Positions 45,707 through 54,959 of a stretch of 64,000 bases of DNA are shown here, one piece after another; positions within the stretch are counted from its first letter, which is position 1, and every line of letters starts with the position of its first letter. The notes beneath the pieces are model-generated. The model worked only from the letters and a program-made list of their open reading frames with translations, had not been told where the DNA came from and did no database searches. The translations under genes and the position numbers were made by a program. The DNA is taken from the IMG/VR virus record IMGVR_UViG_3300043414_000372, positions 32,001 to 96,000 of that record; one strand, given 5' to 3'. The stretch is from a virus. Taxonomy: Duplodnaviria > Caudoviricetes.

Positions 45707-45733
45707 TTTATTATTCCTATATCTTATTTATTA

Positions 45734-48700
45734 TTAAAGTCTGCCAACTGCTACTTCAATAACGCCTTCGCCTTCAAAGTTTTCTAATGATTTGCCGATT
45801 ACTGAACCAATATATGGGTGAATCATTGGTCTCGCATAACCTTCTCCGCCGCTTACTAGCATATCACCTTTATGTATTGTTCCGCGAACTTTAACTGGTA
45901 CACGACCTTGTAATGCTAATGCTACAATATGTTCACCTTGACATTGTGAATTCATTACATAAGCTGGATCAGTTGATACTACCCCTGCAACTCTTGTTGT
46001 ACCATCTTCAGCGATAGTAACTTCTTTGTCACCACCAAACTCTACAACAGTGCCAGGTTCATATGGCTTATCTGCTTCATAATATTCTGCTAAGTCAGCG
46101 TATGTTGCATTAAGTCTTGAGCCTGTACTTAACGAGAAATTACCAGTAAATGTACCAGTGTTTGTGTTTGATCCAACTGAAATTATTGCAGCATTCGTTA
46201 GTGTTAATCCGGTCAATGTACCCACACTAGTAATATTTGGTTGTGCATTAGTTGTAACTGTACCCGCTGTACCTGAACTTACTGCGTAGGTTGCGTTTGC
46301 TACAGTACCGGTTACGTTAGCACCAACTAATGAACTTAATCCATTACCATTGCCAGTAAACACCCCTGTGTTAGCTGTAAATGCTACTGCGGTTACTGTG
46401 CCATTTACGCCGAGTGATGTTAGTGTGCCAACTGATGTAATATTAGGTTGTGCATTTGTTGTTACCGTACCCGCTGTACCTGAACTTACTGCGTAGGTTG
46501 CGTTAGCTACTGTGCCTGTTACGTTACCACCAGTGATTGAACTTAGATTAGCACCATTGCCACTTACATTAGTAAACACACCATTGGTTGCACCTATGTT
46601 ACCAACATTAGCATTACCACTTATATTTGCTGTGCCGGTGATATTAGCACCAGTACCAGTTACTACTAGTGTAGTGTTTCCTGCTACAACAGTGTTTACA
46701 TTTCCGCCTGATGCAGGTATACTCACATTACTTGTACCATTAACAATGCTTGTCCCGGCAGATATATTAAGGTTGGTGATATTACTGCCGTCACCTTTTA
46801 AGTAAGTTGCACTTAATATTGTAGTAGATAAATTACCAGTCGCGGCATTGAATGATAAGTTAGCATTTGCGCCGTGTGCTAAATTACCCGATGTTGCATT
46901 GACAAATACTGGATAGAATGTGCCAGTGCTTTGTACAGTTACTGCACCGTATGTTGTGACATTTGCATTTGGTACAATGCCGGTAACATTACCTCCAGCA
47001 AGTGCGGTTAATGAACTACCATTACCAGCGAATAAAGTCGCACTTAATGTACCAGTTGTTGAATTGAATGATAAGTTAGCATTGCTTGCCAATTGATAAT
47101 TAGCAGTAGTGTTGCCAGTAACAAATGTTGGATACCAAGTTCCATTTATATTAGTTACAACATTAGCATAGTTTGCTATATTAGATTGGTCAACATTTAA
47201 ATTAGCAACACGAGTTGTGCTAGTTACTGTAAACGGTGCAGTTCCGGTTGTTATCGTAGATATGATCTGTCCTGCTGTACCCAAGTTACCAACATTTGCA
47301 TTACCTGAAATGTTTGCTGTACCAGTAATATTTGCACCAGTATCACTAATAACCATTGTGCTATTACTCTTGGCTGTAAACGTAAGATTAGCGTTAGTTG
47401 TTATGGTAACATTGCTATTTCCATTCTGTAGTAACCCACTATTGATAGTAGTGATGTTGCCCGTAGTAGCAATTAAAGTTGTTGTACCTAGATTACCAAC
47501 ATTTGCATTACCACTTACATTTGCCGTACCAATAATATTCGCACCAGTATCACTAATAACCATTGTGCTATTACTCTTAGCTGTAAAGGTAATGTTTGCA
47601 TTTTGCGTTATAGCAATATTGCTATTGCCATTTGCATGCGGTCCAACTAAATTACCACCGGTGATATTACCAGTAACTGCTAGACTAGTTAATGTTCCAG
47701 TACTTGTTATGTTTGGCTGTGCTGCTGTTGTTAATGTACCAGTTAATAATGTTGCACTCAATGCACCAGTCGCAGCATTGAATGATAAATTAGCATTGGC
47801 TCCTTGTGCCAAATTGCCCGATGTAGCGTTTACAAATATTGGATACCATGTTCCAGTTGTTGTTAGTGCAGTGTTAGCATATTCAGAAACATTAGCCCTT
47901 GCTACATATAAATTAGGAACTAGTGTTGTACTTGATACTATTAAAGGTATATTACCGGAAGGTATATTTGATACGAATACCGGTGATGTAACACTGTATG
48001 ATGCATTTACATTTGCGGTAATAACATACCCACTAGCAACTGTTAGTGTGTGTGTTGACTTAACAAATGTAAAATTAGAATCACCTTGTATGAGACCGCC
48101 GTCATTGAACTGAACCTGAGTATCTGCACTAGGACCAATGTTTCCACCTCCGCCGGCAGAGGTTGTTGTAGCAATACCTGAATTTGCCACGTAACTAGCT
48201 ATCCCAGTACCCGGTACCGGATTACTGTTTCCTATATAATATAAAGAAACATTTCCAGTTGTTGGATAATTAGATGCCAACAGTATTTTAAATGCTTGTC
48301 CATTAACAATTGTGTTTGAAACTGAATTAACCCCTGTTATCGTAACTTCAGCATTATTTGTATATGGTGTGGTCGGGCTCACTGTCATTACAATTGGAGT
48401 AGCATTTGATAGTGCTATGATTGGAGTATATAGCGTACCCTGAGGAGTCCAAGATAAATTACCTGAACCGTCTGTCTGTAACACATATCCAATAGCTCCG
48501 CCTGTCATTGAAATGTTTGCTACATTACCTAATTGTAGTTTAGTCCCGTTAAGTTGAGAACTATTACCTTTATAATTTTCCCATGTATTTGTACTAGCAA
48601 CATAAGTTAGTATTTGTCCGGTCGACGGGGAAGTAATATTAAAATTACCACCACCGCTGCCGTTGATTTGACTAAAACTAATATCAGAATATGAAGTTAA

Positions 48701-48856
48701 TACTTCAATATTTTCGTCTGTATAGGTATTTCCTGTTCTTCCAATGAAAAGTCTATTTTCATCGGTTGCCCAGCCAAATTCACCGTTGTCTAATTGTGGT
48801 AAGTCAACTAGGTTACCTGCTCGTTGCTGTATCTTTGAGATTTGTACTATGGCCAT
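45734..48856 (-). CDS. Tail fibre/spike with Mtd-N-like N-terminus and C-terminal intramolecular-chaperone (peptidase G2-like) domain
   Basis: IQQRAG...L-x-x-GEFGWATD-x-x-RLFIG start; ADLAEYY...GVVST-x-PAYVMN...AL-x-GRVPVKV-x-G-x-I-x-KGD end. Confidence 0.8.
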   Translation of the reverse strand: MAIVQISKIQQRAGNLVDLPQLDNGEFGWATDENRLFIGRTGNTYTDENIEVLTSYSDISFSQINGSGGGNFNITSPSTGQILTYVASTNTWENYKGNSSQLNGTKLQLGNVANISMTGGAIGYVLQTDGSGNLSWTPQGTLYTPIIALSNATPIVMTVSPTTPYTNNAEVTITGVNSVSNTIVNGQAFKILLASNYPTTGNVSLYYIGNSNPVPGTGIASYVANSGIATTTSAGGGGNIGPSADTQVQFNDGGLIQGDSNFTFVKSTHTLTVASGYVITANVNASYSVTSPVFVSNIPSGNIPLIVSSTTLVPNLYVARANVSEYANTALTTTGTWYPIFVNATSGNLAQGANANLSFNAATGALSATLLTGTLTTAAQPNITSTGTLTSLAVTGNITGGNLVGPHANGNSNIAITQNANITFTAKSNSTMVISDTGANIIGTANVSGNANVGNLGTTTLIATTGNITTINSGLLQNGNSNVTITTNANLTFTAKSNSTMVISDTGANITGTANISGNANVGNLGTAGQIISTITTGTAPFTVTSTTRVANLNVDQSNIANYANVVTNINGTWYPTFVTGNTTANYQLASNANLSFNSTTGTLSATLFAGNGSSLTALAGGNVTGIVPNANVTTYGAVTVQSTGTFYPVFVNATSGNLAHGANANLSFNAATGNLSTTILSATYLKGDGSNITNLNISAGTSIVNGTSNVSIPASGGNVNTVVAGNTTLVVTGTGANITGTANISGNANVGNIGATNGVFTNVSGNGANLSSITGGNVTGTVANATYAVSSGTAGTVTTNAQPNITSVGTLTSLGVNGTVTAVAFTANTGVFTGNGNGLSSLVGANVTGTVANATYAVSSGTAGTVTTNAQPNITSVGTLTGLTLTNAAIISVGSNTNTGTFTGNFSLSTGSRLNATYADLAEYYEADKPYEPGTVVEFGGDKEVTIAEDGTTRVAGVVSTDPAYVMNSQCQGEHIVALALQGRVPVKVRGTIHKGDMLVSGGEGYARPMIHPYIGSVIGKSLENFEGEGVIEVAVGRL

Positions 48857-48881
48857 AAGTGTAATTCTTCACGTTTACACT

Positions 48882-48889
48882 TATTTATC
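48882..48889 (-). promoter_or_regulatory. Late promoter octamer GATAAATA
   Basis: Exact motif upstream of the fibre gene. Confidence 0.6.
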
Positions 48890-48907
48890 ATAATTATGAC
48901 TTAACCA

Positions 48908-49594
48908 CTATAAGAATTTCATGTAATATTGCTCTACACGGTTAAACCACATGTCACTATACTTGTCAAATTCACTGCCCTCAATGATGAATTCCTGATA
49001 AACAACATCTGCGGTACACATGAAAATTACACCTTTACGTATTTTAGTCCCGTGTACTTCATTGTGTGCGTTAGCATATGCTGCTAATTGAACAAAGTAA
49101 TCATCAATCCACTCACGCTTTTTAAACTTGTTAGATTGCTTGTGGTCCATAATAGCATCACTCCCATCATGTACTCCGCACAAGTCAGTTGTACCAGCAT
49201 AGATTTTAGGGAAGTATAAAGGAACTTCTGTTCCCCAATATTCATTGCATTTCACTAAACCCTGTTCAATAATTTGCTTTGCCATTTTGTGACTTTGAAT
49301 ACTGTAGGGGTTAGAGCCTGGTTCGGTAACTATACCTGTCTTGATATAATCCTCAAGAAACTTGTGCATTCGTGTTCCTCGACCCGCTGCCTCAGTTGTA
49401 ATCTCTTGTGCTTTTTGAACCCCAACACGTTTGCGCCAGTTCTGTAATGCTTGTTTACTTTCTTCTGACTTGGTTGCGTCTAGTATTGTTGTAACGCTTG
49501 GAAGTTTCTCACCATCTGGTGTAGCATATCTGCGTTTACCTTCGATTTCTACCCTACTCATGGGTATATAGTTGTATTTGTTTGGATTGTACAT
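48908..49594 (-). CDS. PD-(D/E)XK-superfamily exonuclease (start revised to MYNP)
   Basis: PSVTTIL, RGT-x-x-H, E-x-x-L, YAG-x-x-D, D-x-K-x-S and QLAAY motifs. Confidence 0.88.
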   Translation of the reverse strand: MYNPNKYNYIPMSRVEIEGKRRYATPDGEKLPSVTTILDATKSEESKQALQNWRKRVGVQKAQEITTEAAGRGTRMHKFLEDYIKTGIVTEPGSNPYSIQSHKMAKQIIEQGLVKCNEYWGTEVPLYFPKIYAGTTDLCGVHDGSDAIMDHKQSNKFKKREWIDDYFVQLAAYANAHNEVHGTKIRKGVIFMCTADVVYQEFIIEGSEFDKYSDMWFNRVEQYYMKFL

Positions 49595-49602
49595 TATAGT
49601 CA

Positions 49603-49631
49603 ATTATAGTTGATTATAATACTAATGTCAA
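49603..49631 (-). promoter_or_regulatory. Consensus sigma70 promoter
   Basis: TTGACA-17 nt-TATAAT, 8 nt before the ATG. Confidence 0.85.
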
Positions 49632-49952
49632 TTAGATTCGGAAACTTTCTCCGCAACCACATTTATCACGTTCATTTGGGTTAAGAAACTCAAATCCTTC
49701 ATTAAGACCATTGCGGACATAATCTATTGTCATTCCTTGAAGATAAGCAGAACTCTTTGGATCAACATACAATGAGCATCCATCACATTCTATCTTTAAA
49801 TCTTCTGCCATTGGTTGATCAACGTATTCAAGTACATAGGCTAAACCAGAACAACCTGTCGTTTTGACGCCTATTCTGATTCCTAATCCTCTACCTCTTT
49901 TAGCAAGAGTTTGTTTTACTTTATTTGTTGCTTTATCTGTAACTGTTATCAT
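49632..49952 (-). CDS. iscA: A-type Fe-S cluster carrier protein (IscA/HesB family)
   Basis: G-V-K-T-x-GCSG-x-x-Y and terminal CGCGESF; closely resembles proteobacterial IscA. Confidence 0.95.
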   Translation of the reverse strand: MITVTDKATNKVKQTLAKRGRGLGIRIGVKTTGCSGLAYVLEYVDQPMAEDLKIECDGCSLYVDPKSSAYLQGMTIDYVRNGLNEGFEFLNPNERDKCGCGESFRI

Positions 49953-50281
49953 TGTGTTGGCATAGCACTTTGTGCCATTTGTTGTACAACTTGTTGACTT
50001 TGTGATTGATCCTGCGCAGGTTGTGTTTCTTCTTGCCCTTTAAAAATTACTTGATCACCTTGAATATTAGATATAACGGTGTTTAACGGAGGGTTCTTTA
50101 TCATATCATACAAGTCGGTGACATCTAAAACGATATTACCTTTATCTTGTAAATAAGTTAAAAACTCTTCCGTCGTGTAACTACTAGGATCTATTATACC
50201 GTTATCTAAATCAGTTTTAAGTTGATTGACAAGAACGATAAGTTTAGCACTCGCCGGATCAGCAAGTTCAAAAAGAAACAT
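49949..50281 (-). CDS. Hypothetical protein
   Basis: 110-aa ORF, start MFLFE, ATGA overlap with iscA. Confidence 0.7.
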   Translation of the reverse strand: MFLFELADPASAKLIVLVNQLKTDLDNGIIDPSSYTTEEFLTYLQDKGNIVLDVTDLYDMIKNPPLNTVISNIQGDQVIFKGQEETQPAQDQSQSQQVVQQMAQSAMPTQ

Positions 50282-50282
50282 A

Positions 50283-51005
50283 TTATCTCTTTGCTCTGCC
50301 TACACCACCTGTCGGTGGCATTTCTGGTTCTTCTTCTGGGGGCATATCAGCGCCCATGCTCATATCAGCATCTACGTCAGCGCCGGCGTCTAATCCTGCG
50401 TCCATTCCAGCATCTACACCTGCTTCTGCTCCCATGTCAGCACCAGCATCAAATGCTGCATCTACTGCTTGACCAGTAAGACCATTCAACGCATTTTTCA
50501 ATGCAGTTGATACTTCTTTCAATGAAGCAGATAATGTATCTAGTTGACCAGAAACTTGATCATTGTATGTTTGACTTTCGTTAACACCAATTTCACTTTC
50601 AATGCTTGATACCAATGCAGGTAATTCTTTAACTTGCATTTGACCTACATCTTCAAGCATCTTCTGTACTTGGTCTACCATATCTTGTGCTGCTAGTACA
50701 ACTTGTGACTTCTCCACTTCTTCATTCTCAACCATGATTCTTGGCTGTGGAAGTGAACGTAATTCGTTGTAGTGGTCACTAAGTGCTTGCTCCATAAACA
50801 CCAACTTCATATAAGAATTTGATGCTTGACTATTGTGATAGTCAGGAGATTGCTTTGACTCACTCAATAAACCACGTACTTTTTGGAGCATAGTGCGGGT
50901 AGATGACATAGACATATTATCTACATTGAATGAAGTTTCATACTGTTCTTTCAATACTTTAGTAGAGAAAGAGCGGCGATTGTGGTTTAGTTCGGTTAGT
51001 TTCAT
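50283..51005 (-). CDS. Hypothetical (probable internal head) protein
   Basis: Start MKLTE; acidic DAG-repeat tail; GATAAATA at 51033-51040. Confidence 0.65.
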   Translation of the reverse strand: MKLTELNHNRRSFSTKVLKEQYETSFNVDNMSMSSTRTMLQKVRGLLSESKQSPDYHNSQASNSYMKLVFMEQALSDHYNELRSLPQPRIMVENEEVEKSQVVLAAQDMVDQVQKMLEDVGQMQVKELPALVSSIESEIGVNESQTYNDQVSGQLDTLSASLKEVSTALKNALNGLTGQAVDAAFDAGADMGAEAGVDAGMDAGLDAGADVDADMSMGADMPPEEEPEMPPTGGVGRAKR

Positions 51006-51053
51006 ATTTGTATTCCAGAGAAATATATAATATATTTATCTTTTCTTTCTTTA

Positions 51054-51527
51054 TTATGCGGATTTGTTAAATCGTTTATCTTGCCAAATTCTGGAACTAT
51101 TCACATAACCCGCTAATTCGTCGGTTATCTGCTTACGTTCCATCTTTTCTTCACCTAATTTAGCTAAGTAAATTAGTTTTTCTTCTAAGTTTTTAGCTTT
51201 TTTTACTAATTTCTGGTGCACTTGAATCTCACTATCCACACTAGCTAATCTAGTATCCAAATCTAAAATACGATTAGATTCGTATATGCTGTTCCGTTTG
51301 TCAAAGGTGCACCAAGATACAGCATTTTTTAATACGTTGAAGGTTTTAGTTCCTGCAATAGTATCCTTTTCTACTGTATAACAATCGTTATTCTTTTTAA
51401 TTGAATATTTGTTGAATAGATAATAAGAACCATCTGGTCCTTGAATTATAGTTAATTCACTTAACTTTTCCATTTCTTGATTGGATATAGTTTTTGTAAA
51501 TTTGTGTAGTAGTTTGTCGCTTATCAT
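51054..51527 (-). CDS. Hypothetical protein with C-terminal coiled coil
   Basis: 157-aa ORF, ATGA overlap. Confidence 0.7.
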   Translation of the reverse strand: MISDKLLHKFTKTISNQEMEKLSELTIIQGPDGSYYLFNKYSIKKNNDCYTVEKDTIAGTKTFNVLKNAVSWCTFDKRNSIYESNRILDLDTRLASVDSEIQVHQKLVKKAKNLEEKLIYLAKLGEEKMERKQITDELAGYVNSSRIWQDKRFNKSA

Positions 51528-51970
51528 TTGGTTAACACTTTAAAATATATGTTTCTTAACTCATCACTGGTATCTAAAAAGGTGGGTAATTGATCCCATA
51601 CAGTATGACATTTAATCATTGGGACTTGGTCACAATCTCTATATAACGCTCCCAACTCACTTACCCCATCATAAAATACACTAGGATGCTGCACTGCAAA
51701 ATCAAAATACCAACATGGATAAGTCTCTGTATCTTGTTGCTCAAATAAGAATCCAAACTCAGTGAATTCGTTAAATCTTATTTCTATTTTTTCAGGGATA
51801 CGAACAAGTTCAGGCTGACTACGTAATGAGATTGCTTGTTGCACCGTATCAAAATTACTTTGTGTATTGCGTTTATGATGCCATTCTTTATCCATATCAG
51901 GACGATGGCGGTTTGGTACATTAGTTTGCGTAATATCAAATAACGTGTAGCAAGAGATAATGTAACTCAT
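51524..51970 (-). CDS. Hypothetical protein
   Basis: 148-aa ORF, 5 nt after GTTAAATA (51976-51983). Confidence 0.7.
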   Translation of the reverse strand: MSYIISCYTLFDITQTNVPNRHRPDMDKEWHHKRNTQSNFDTVQQAISLRSQPELVRIPEKIEIRFNEFTEFGFLFEQQDTETYPCWYFDFAVQHPSVFYDGVSELGALYRDCDQVPMIKCHTVWDQLPTFLDTSDELRNIYFKVLTK

Positions 51971-51989
51971 ACTACTATTTAACAGAGGT

Positions 51990-52020
51990 AAAAAAACCCT
52001 AGAAAATCTAGGGTTCTTTT
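51990..52020 (-). terminator. Intrinsic terminator
   Basis: aaccctaga-aaa-tctagggtt 9-bp stem with U-tract on the minus strand. Confidence 0.8.
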
Positions 52021-52033
52021 ATACAGATATTGA

Positions 52034-52423
52034 TTAACCTGTGAATGTAGCTGTAGCTGTAGTAACAGTTGTGTTACCAACACCACCTGCTGTCAATTCA
52101 GCAATGATAGCTGCGTTCAATGTAGTAGTTGTCCAAGCGCCAGTTGGATACACAGCCATTGCCAATGTATCAGGACCTGCAGTTGTAAACTCATAGATGT
52201 AAACTGTAGCTAATTGTTGTGTAGCTTGGATGATCAAGCTAACTTGAGTACCAGAGAAAGCACCTGAACTAGCTGCTGTAACTGTGAAGAAGTCTAGTTT
52301 AGGACCTTGAGGTTGTACTGTAGCAGCAGAACTAACTGCGTTTGCACCACTGTTGGTGTATGAGAATGAATCATAGTTGATTACCGGTAGAAAGTCACCG
52401 TTTGTTTTTGTAAATTGTGCCAT
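52034..52423 (-). CDS. Small abundant structural protein (head-decoration-like)
   Basis: Own late promoter, 5' hairpin and terminator; Thr/Ala-rich 129 aa; function inferred. Confidence 0.5.
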   Translation of the reverse strand: MAQFTKTNGDFLPVINYDSFSYTNSGANAVSSAATVQPQGPKLDFFTVTAASSGAFSGTQVSLIIQATQQLATVYIYEFTTAGPDTLAMAVYPTGAWTTTTLNAAIIAELTAGGVGNTTVTTATATFTG

Positions 52424-52468
52424 TTTGAAATGCCTTTAAATAAGTTGAAGCCTACTGCTTCATATATT

Positions 52469-52476
52469 TATTTAGT
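52469..52476 (-). promoter_or_regulatory. Late promoter octamer ACTAAATA
   Basis: Overlaps an AATAAATA; ACCGAC-T7 element lies upstream. Confidence 0.6.
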
Positions 52477-52504
52477 CCTAGTACGAAAAAAAGTCGGTTT
52501 TGGT

Positions 52505-53656
52505 TTAGCGGCCGGCTAGATTTTGGCGACTAAATCCCATTCTATCAACGAATTTTAAGCCATTTGATACGAAACCTTCATGTGTTTCAGTTCCATCATC
52601 TAATTGCCCTTTGACAGGACTTGCTTCTGCTGCTTTATTAAGTTGGTCTACAATAGACATTTTTAACTTATACATCTCTACCCAAATAGTAAATGCTCCG
52701 GCTAATCCTGCTTGATTATTTGTAAGATGTTCAACTATCTTAGCTTTCATTTTATCTGTCATTGGTCTAGCTTCTACAAAATCCATAAAACCATCAAGCA
52801 TATTATTTAAATCACCAGCTACAATTTTTTTGTTTATATAAACTGTAAATAACTGATTAAATGTATTACGTGCTTGAGGTGCAGTATCCATCATTTGATC
52901 CACTGCTGCTCCGTACTTTTTAATAGCATTTTGAGTACTTTTAACTAATGCTGTGTCAATTTTCATTTTAGGAGTAATTGGCATAGCACTGGGAACAATA
53001 GCAACATTGCTATTATTTTTAAGTTGACCTATAGAACCATCTAATGTAGTAGCATCATCTGTTGTCATAGCGTTAGGTGCTAGATATTGATGTACCGCAA
53101 TACCCCCCTGTTTGCCAGCCATCAATTGCCCAATATCACTATCAGCAACTACTTTATAAGTAATACCGTTTGGATTTGCTTTGAATACATATAACCCATT
53201 CTGTTCCTTCAGTGGCTGACTGAATAACAAATCTCCCCAATAATATCCTTTAGCACCGGTTGATGCTTTTGTTAATCCAGGCCATAATTCTGCTATCAAA
53301 CCATATAATCCCGCACGGTTAACACCTCTGGCTTGATCGTATTGAACAAACTGTTCTGGACTGAATACTTGTCTGCCTGACCCGTCTTTCTTGTTGAACA
53401 TATGCTTGTCCATAATAGAAAACTGTCCACGACTATTACGACCAAATATCAATGCAGGATATCCGTCCCACTTAATAGTAACAGTCTTGGGATTCTTTAC
53501 AGTAGCTATACTTGCTTGTAATGCACGATTTGCACCCTGACTACCACCCAAAAATATCAAATCTTCAGGATGATCTAAGTGACCTTTATCTTCTTTTAGA
53601 GAAGATATCTTATCTACTTTGTCTCTAAGTATTGCTAACGATTCAGATAGGTTCAT
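52505..53656 (-). CDS. Ligase/nucleotidyltransferase-superfamily protein (resembles DUF6267-type phage proteins)
   Basis: H-x-x-HPED, motif I KWDG, motif III-like WGDLLF, motif IV EGFV, motif V LKFVDR. Confidence 0.6.
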   Translation of the reverse strand: MNLSESLAILRDKVDKISSLKEDKGHLDHPEDLIFLGGSQGANRALQASIATVKNPKTVTIKWDGYPALIFGRNSRGQFSIMDKHMFNKKDGSGRQVFSPEQFVQYDQARGVNRAGLYGLIAELWPGLTKASTGAKGYYWGDLLFSQPLKEQNGLYVFKANPNGITYKVVADSDIGQLMAGKQGGIAVHQYLAPNAMTTDDATTLDGSIGQLKNNSNVAIVPSAMPITPKMKIDTALVKSTQNAIKKYGAAVDQMMDTAPQARNTFNQLFTVYINKKIVAGDLNNMLDGFMDFVEARPMTDKMKAKIVEHLTNNQAGLAGAFTIWVEMYKLKMSIVDQLNKAAEASPVKGQLDDGTETHEGFVSNGLKFVDRMGFSRQNLAGR

Positions 53657-54684
53657 TTGCCTTGTGCCGCCATTGCTTGTTTAACTTTTTCATCAAACTT
53701 TGCTTGTTCTTCCGGAGTAACTCCACCTTCTCTAGCTGCTCTTACCTTGCCTTTTGGCATTCGTATAGTGTTATCTACTGGAGGGGATGCCGGAGGCGCT
53801 GCCGGCGAAGGTGTTTTTTGATTAGCAGTATGTACTACCCCGGTAGGTGTCGTTGTAGTTGACCCGCCGGTTGATGATTGTTTAGTATTTGATCCGGATA
53901 ATTGCCCTGCCATTTGTCCAAATGCGTTATTGCCGGCAGCCGGTGCTGAGGTTGCAGCAGTGGGTGTAGCACCGCGTCCTGCCAATGTATTATCAATATT
54001 TTTCTTAACACTTAACAAATCACGTTTACGCAATGTAGGTATAATCTTATTAATTTCTCTTACACCAACTTTAGATTGTCTTTCTGCTTCAGGAGAAACA
54101 GTCGGTGCAGGAGCCGGGCTGCTCTGCGGCGCTGTATTAGTTGGTGCTCCGGCGGGAGTAGTATTACTCAATCCGCTGCCTGCTCTTTGTTGTTTAGCTT
54201 GTTGAAATGTGTTCCATGCCCAAACTCCCATATTCTGTAGTGCTGCACGGCCTTTATCTCTAGGATAAGTTTTTTCTACTTCCTGAGCAAATTTTTGAAT
54301 CTCTGCTATATGAGCCGGATCTTGAAAAATAGGACTATTCATCTGCTTAATAAAATTCTGTGCTACCAAGTCACTCATTGATTGTGTAATACCTGTATTC
54401 TGAGCATTAGCTGCCACTTGATTTCTTCTACCTTGTGGAGTAAAGGCTTCATCAATTATACTTTCAAAAATATTATTTAATTTTTCAAATCTCTTACTCT
54501 CGGGGGTTACAGTTGGTGCTGCGGGAGCAGTAGCAGGAGCAGCAGGTCGCTGACTTAAACTAGGTTTTCCGGTTCTAGCCTGATATGATTTATCTATTAT
54601 TTTACCCAGTTCATCAACTAAATCATCTATAAATATGATTCTAGCATCGGAATCTACCGATTCTTTTAATTCACGTAATTTCAC
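53653..54684 (-). CDS. Low-complexity probable internal head protein
   Basis: Start MKLRELKES; Pro/Ala/Thr-rich linkers. Confidence 0.6.
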   Translation of the reverse strand: MKLRELKESVDSDARIIFIDDLVDELGKIIDKSYQARTGKPSLSQRPAAPATAPAAPTVTPESKRFEKLNNIFESIIDEAFTPQGRRNQVAANAQNTGITQSMSDLVAQNFIKQMNSPIFQDPAHIAEIQKFAQEVEKTYPRDKGRAALQNMGVWAWNTFQQAKQQRAGSGLSNTTPAGAPTNTAPQSSPAPAPTVSPEAERQSKVGVREINKIIPTLRKRDLLSVKKNIDNTLAGRGATPTAATSAPAAGNNAFGQMAGQLSGSNTKQSSTGGSTTTTPTGVVHTANQKTPSPAAPPASPPVDNTIRMPKGKVRAAREGGVTPEEQAKFDEKVKQAMAAQGK

Positions 54685-54920
54685 GATTTTTTCCTCAATG
54701 ATTTGGAAAATCTCTGCTGGTCTTTGCTTTTAATAGCACTTAGCAACTTCCGCTCCAATATTTGTGCCTGTTCCTCAGGGTAATGTTTGTTAATTAACTC
54801 AAGTAAATTAATAGCACTAGTTATGATATTATGGGCTCTACTCTCAATAATGTGGCTAGTGTCACGGTTATTTCCAAGTGCTTCTAATTCCTGCAAGAGG
54901 GAGCGGGTTTGTTTTTGCAT
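54681..54920 (-). CDS. Hypothetical helical protein
   Basis: 79-aa ORF after CATAAATA (54937-54944). Confidence 0.7.
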   Translation of the reverse strand: MQKQTRSLLQELEALGNNRDTSHIIESRAHNIITSAINLLELINKHYPEEQAQILERKLLSAIKSKDQQRFSKSLRKKS

Positions 54921-54959
54921 ATAATTATCCTACTAGTATTTATGCTATTTCCAGAATAA

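Noticed and set aside
47217-48113. 298-aa plus-strand ORF and similar antisense ORFs over fibre genes
   Set aside because: Shadows of Asn/Thr/Gly-rich coding on the minus strand; no RBS or promoter
48908-49594. Cas4-like Fe-S nuclease served by the adjacent IscA
   Set aside because: Lacks the C-terminal C-x2-C-x5-8-C cluster, and it has its own sigma70 promoter separate from iscA
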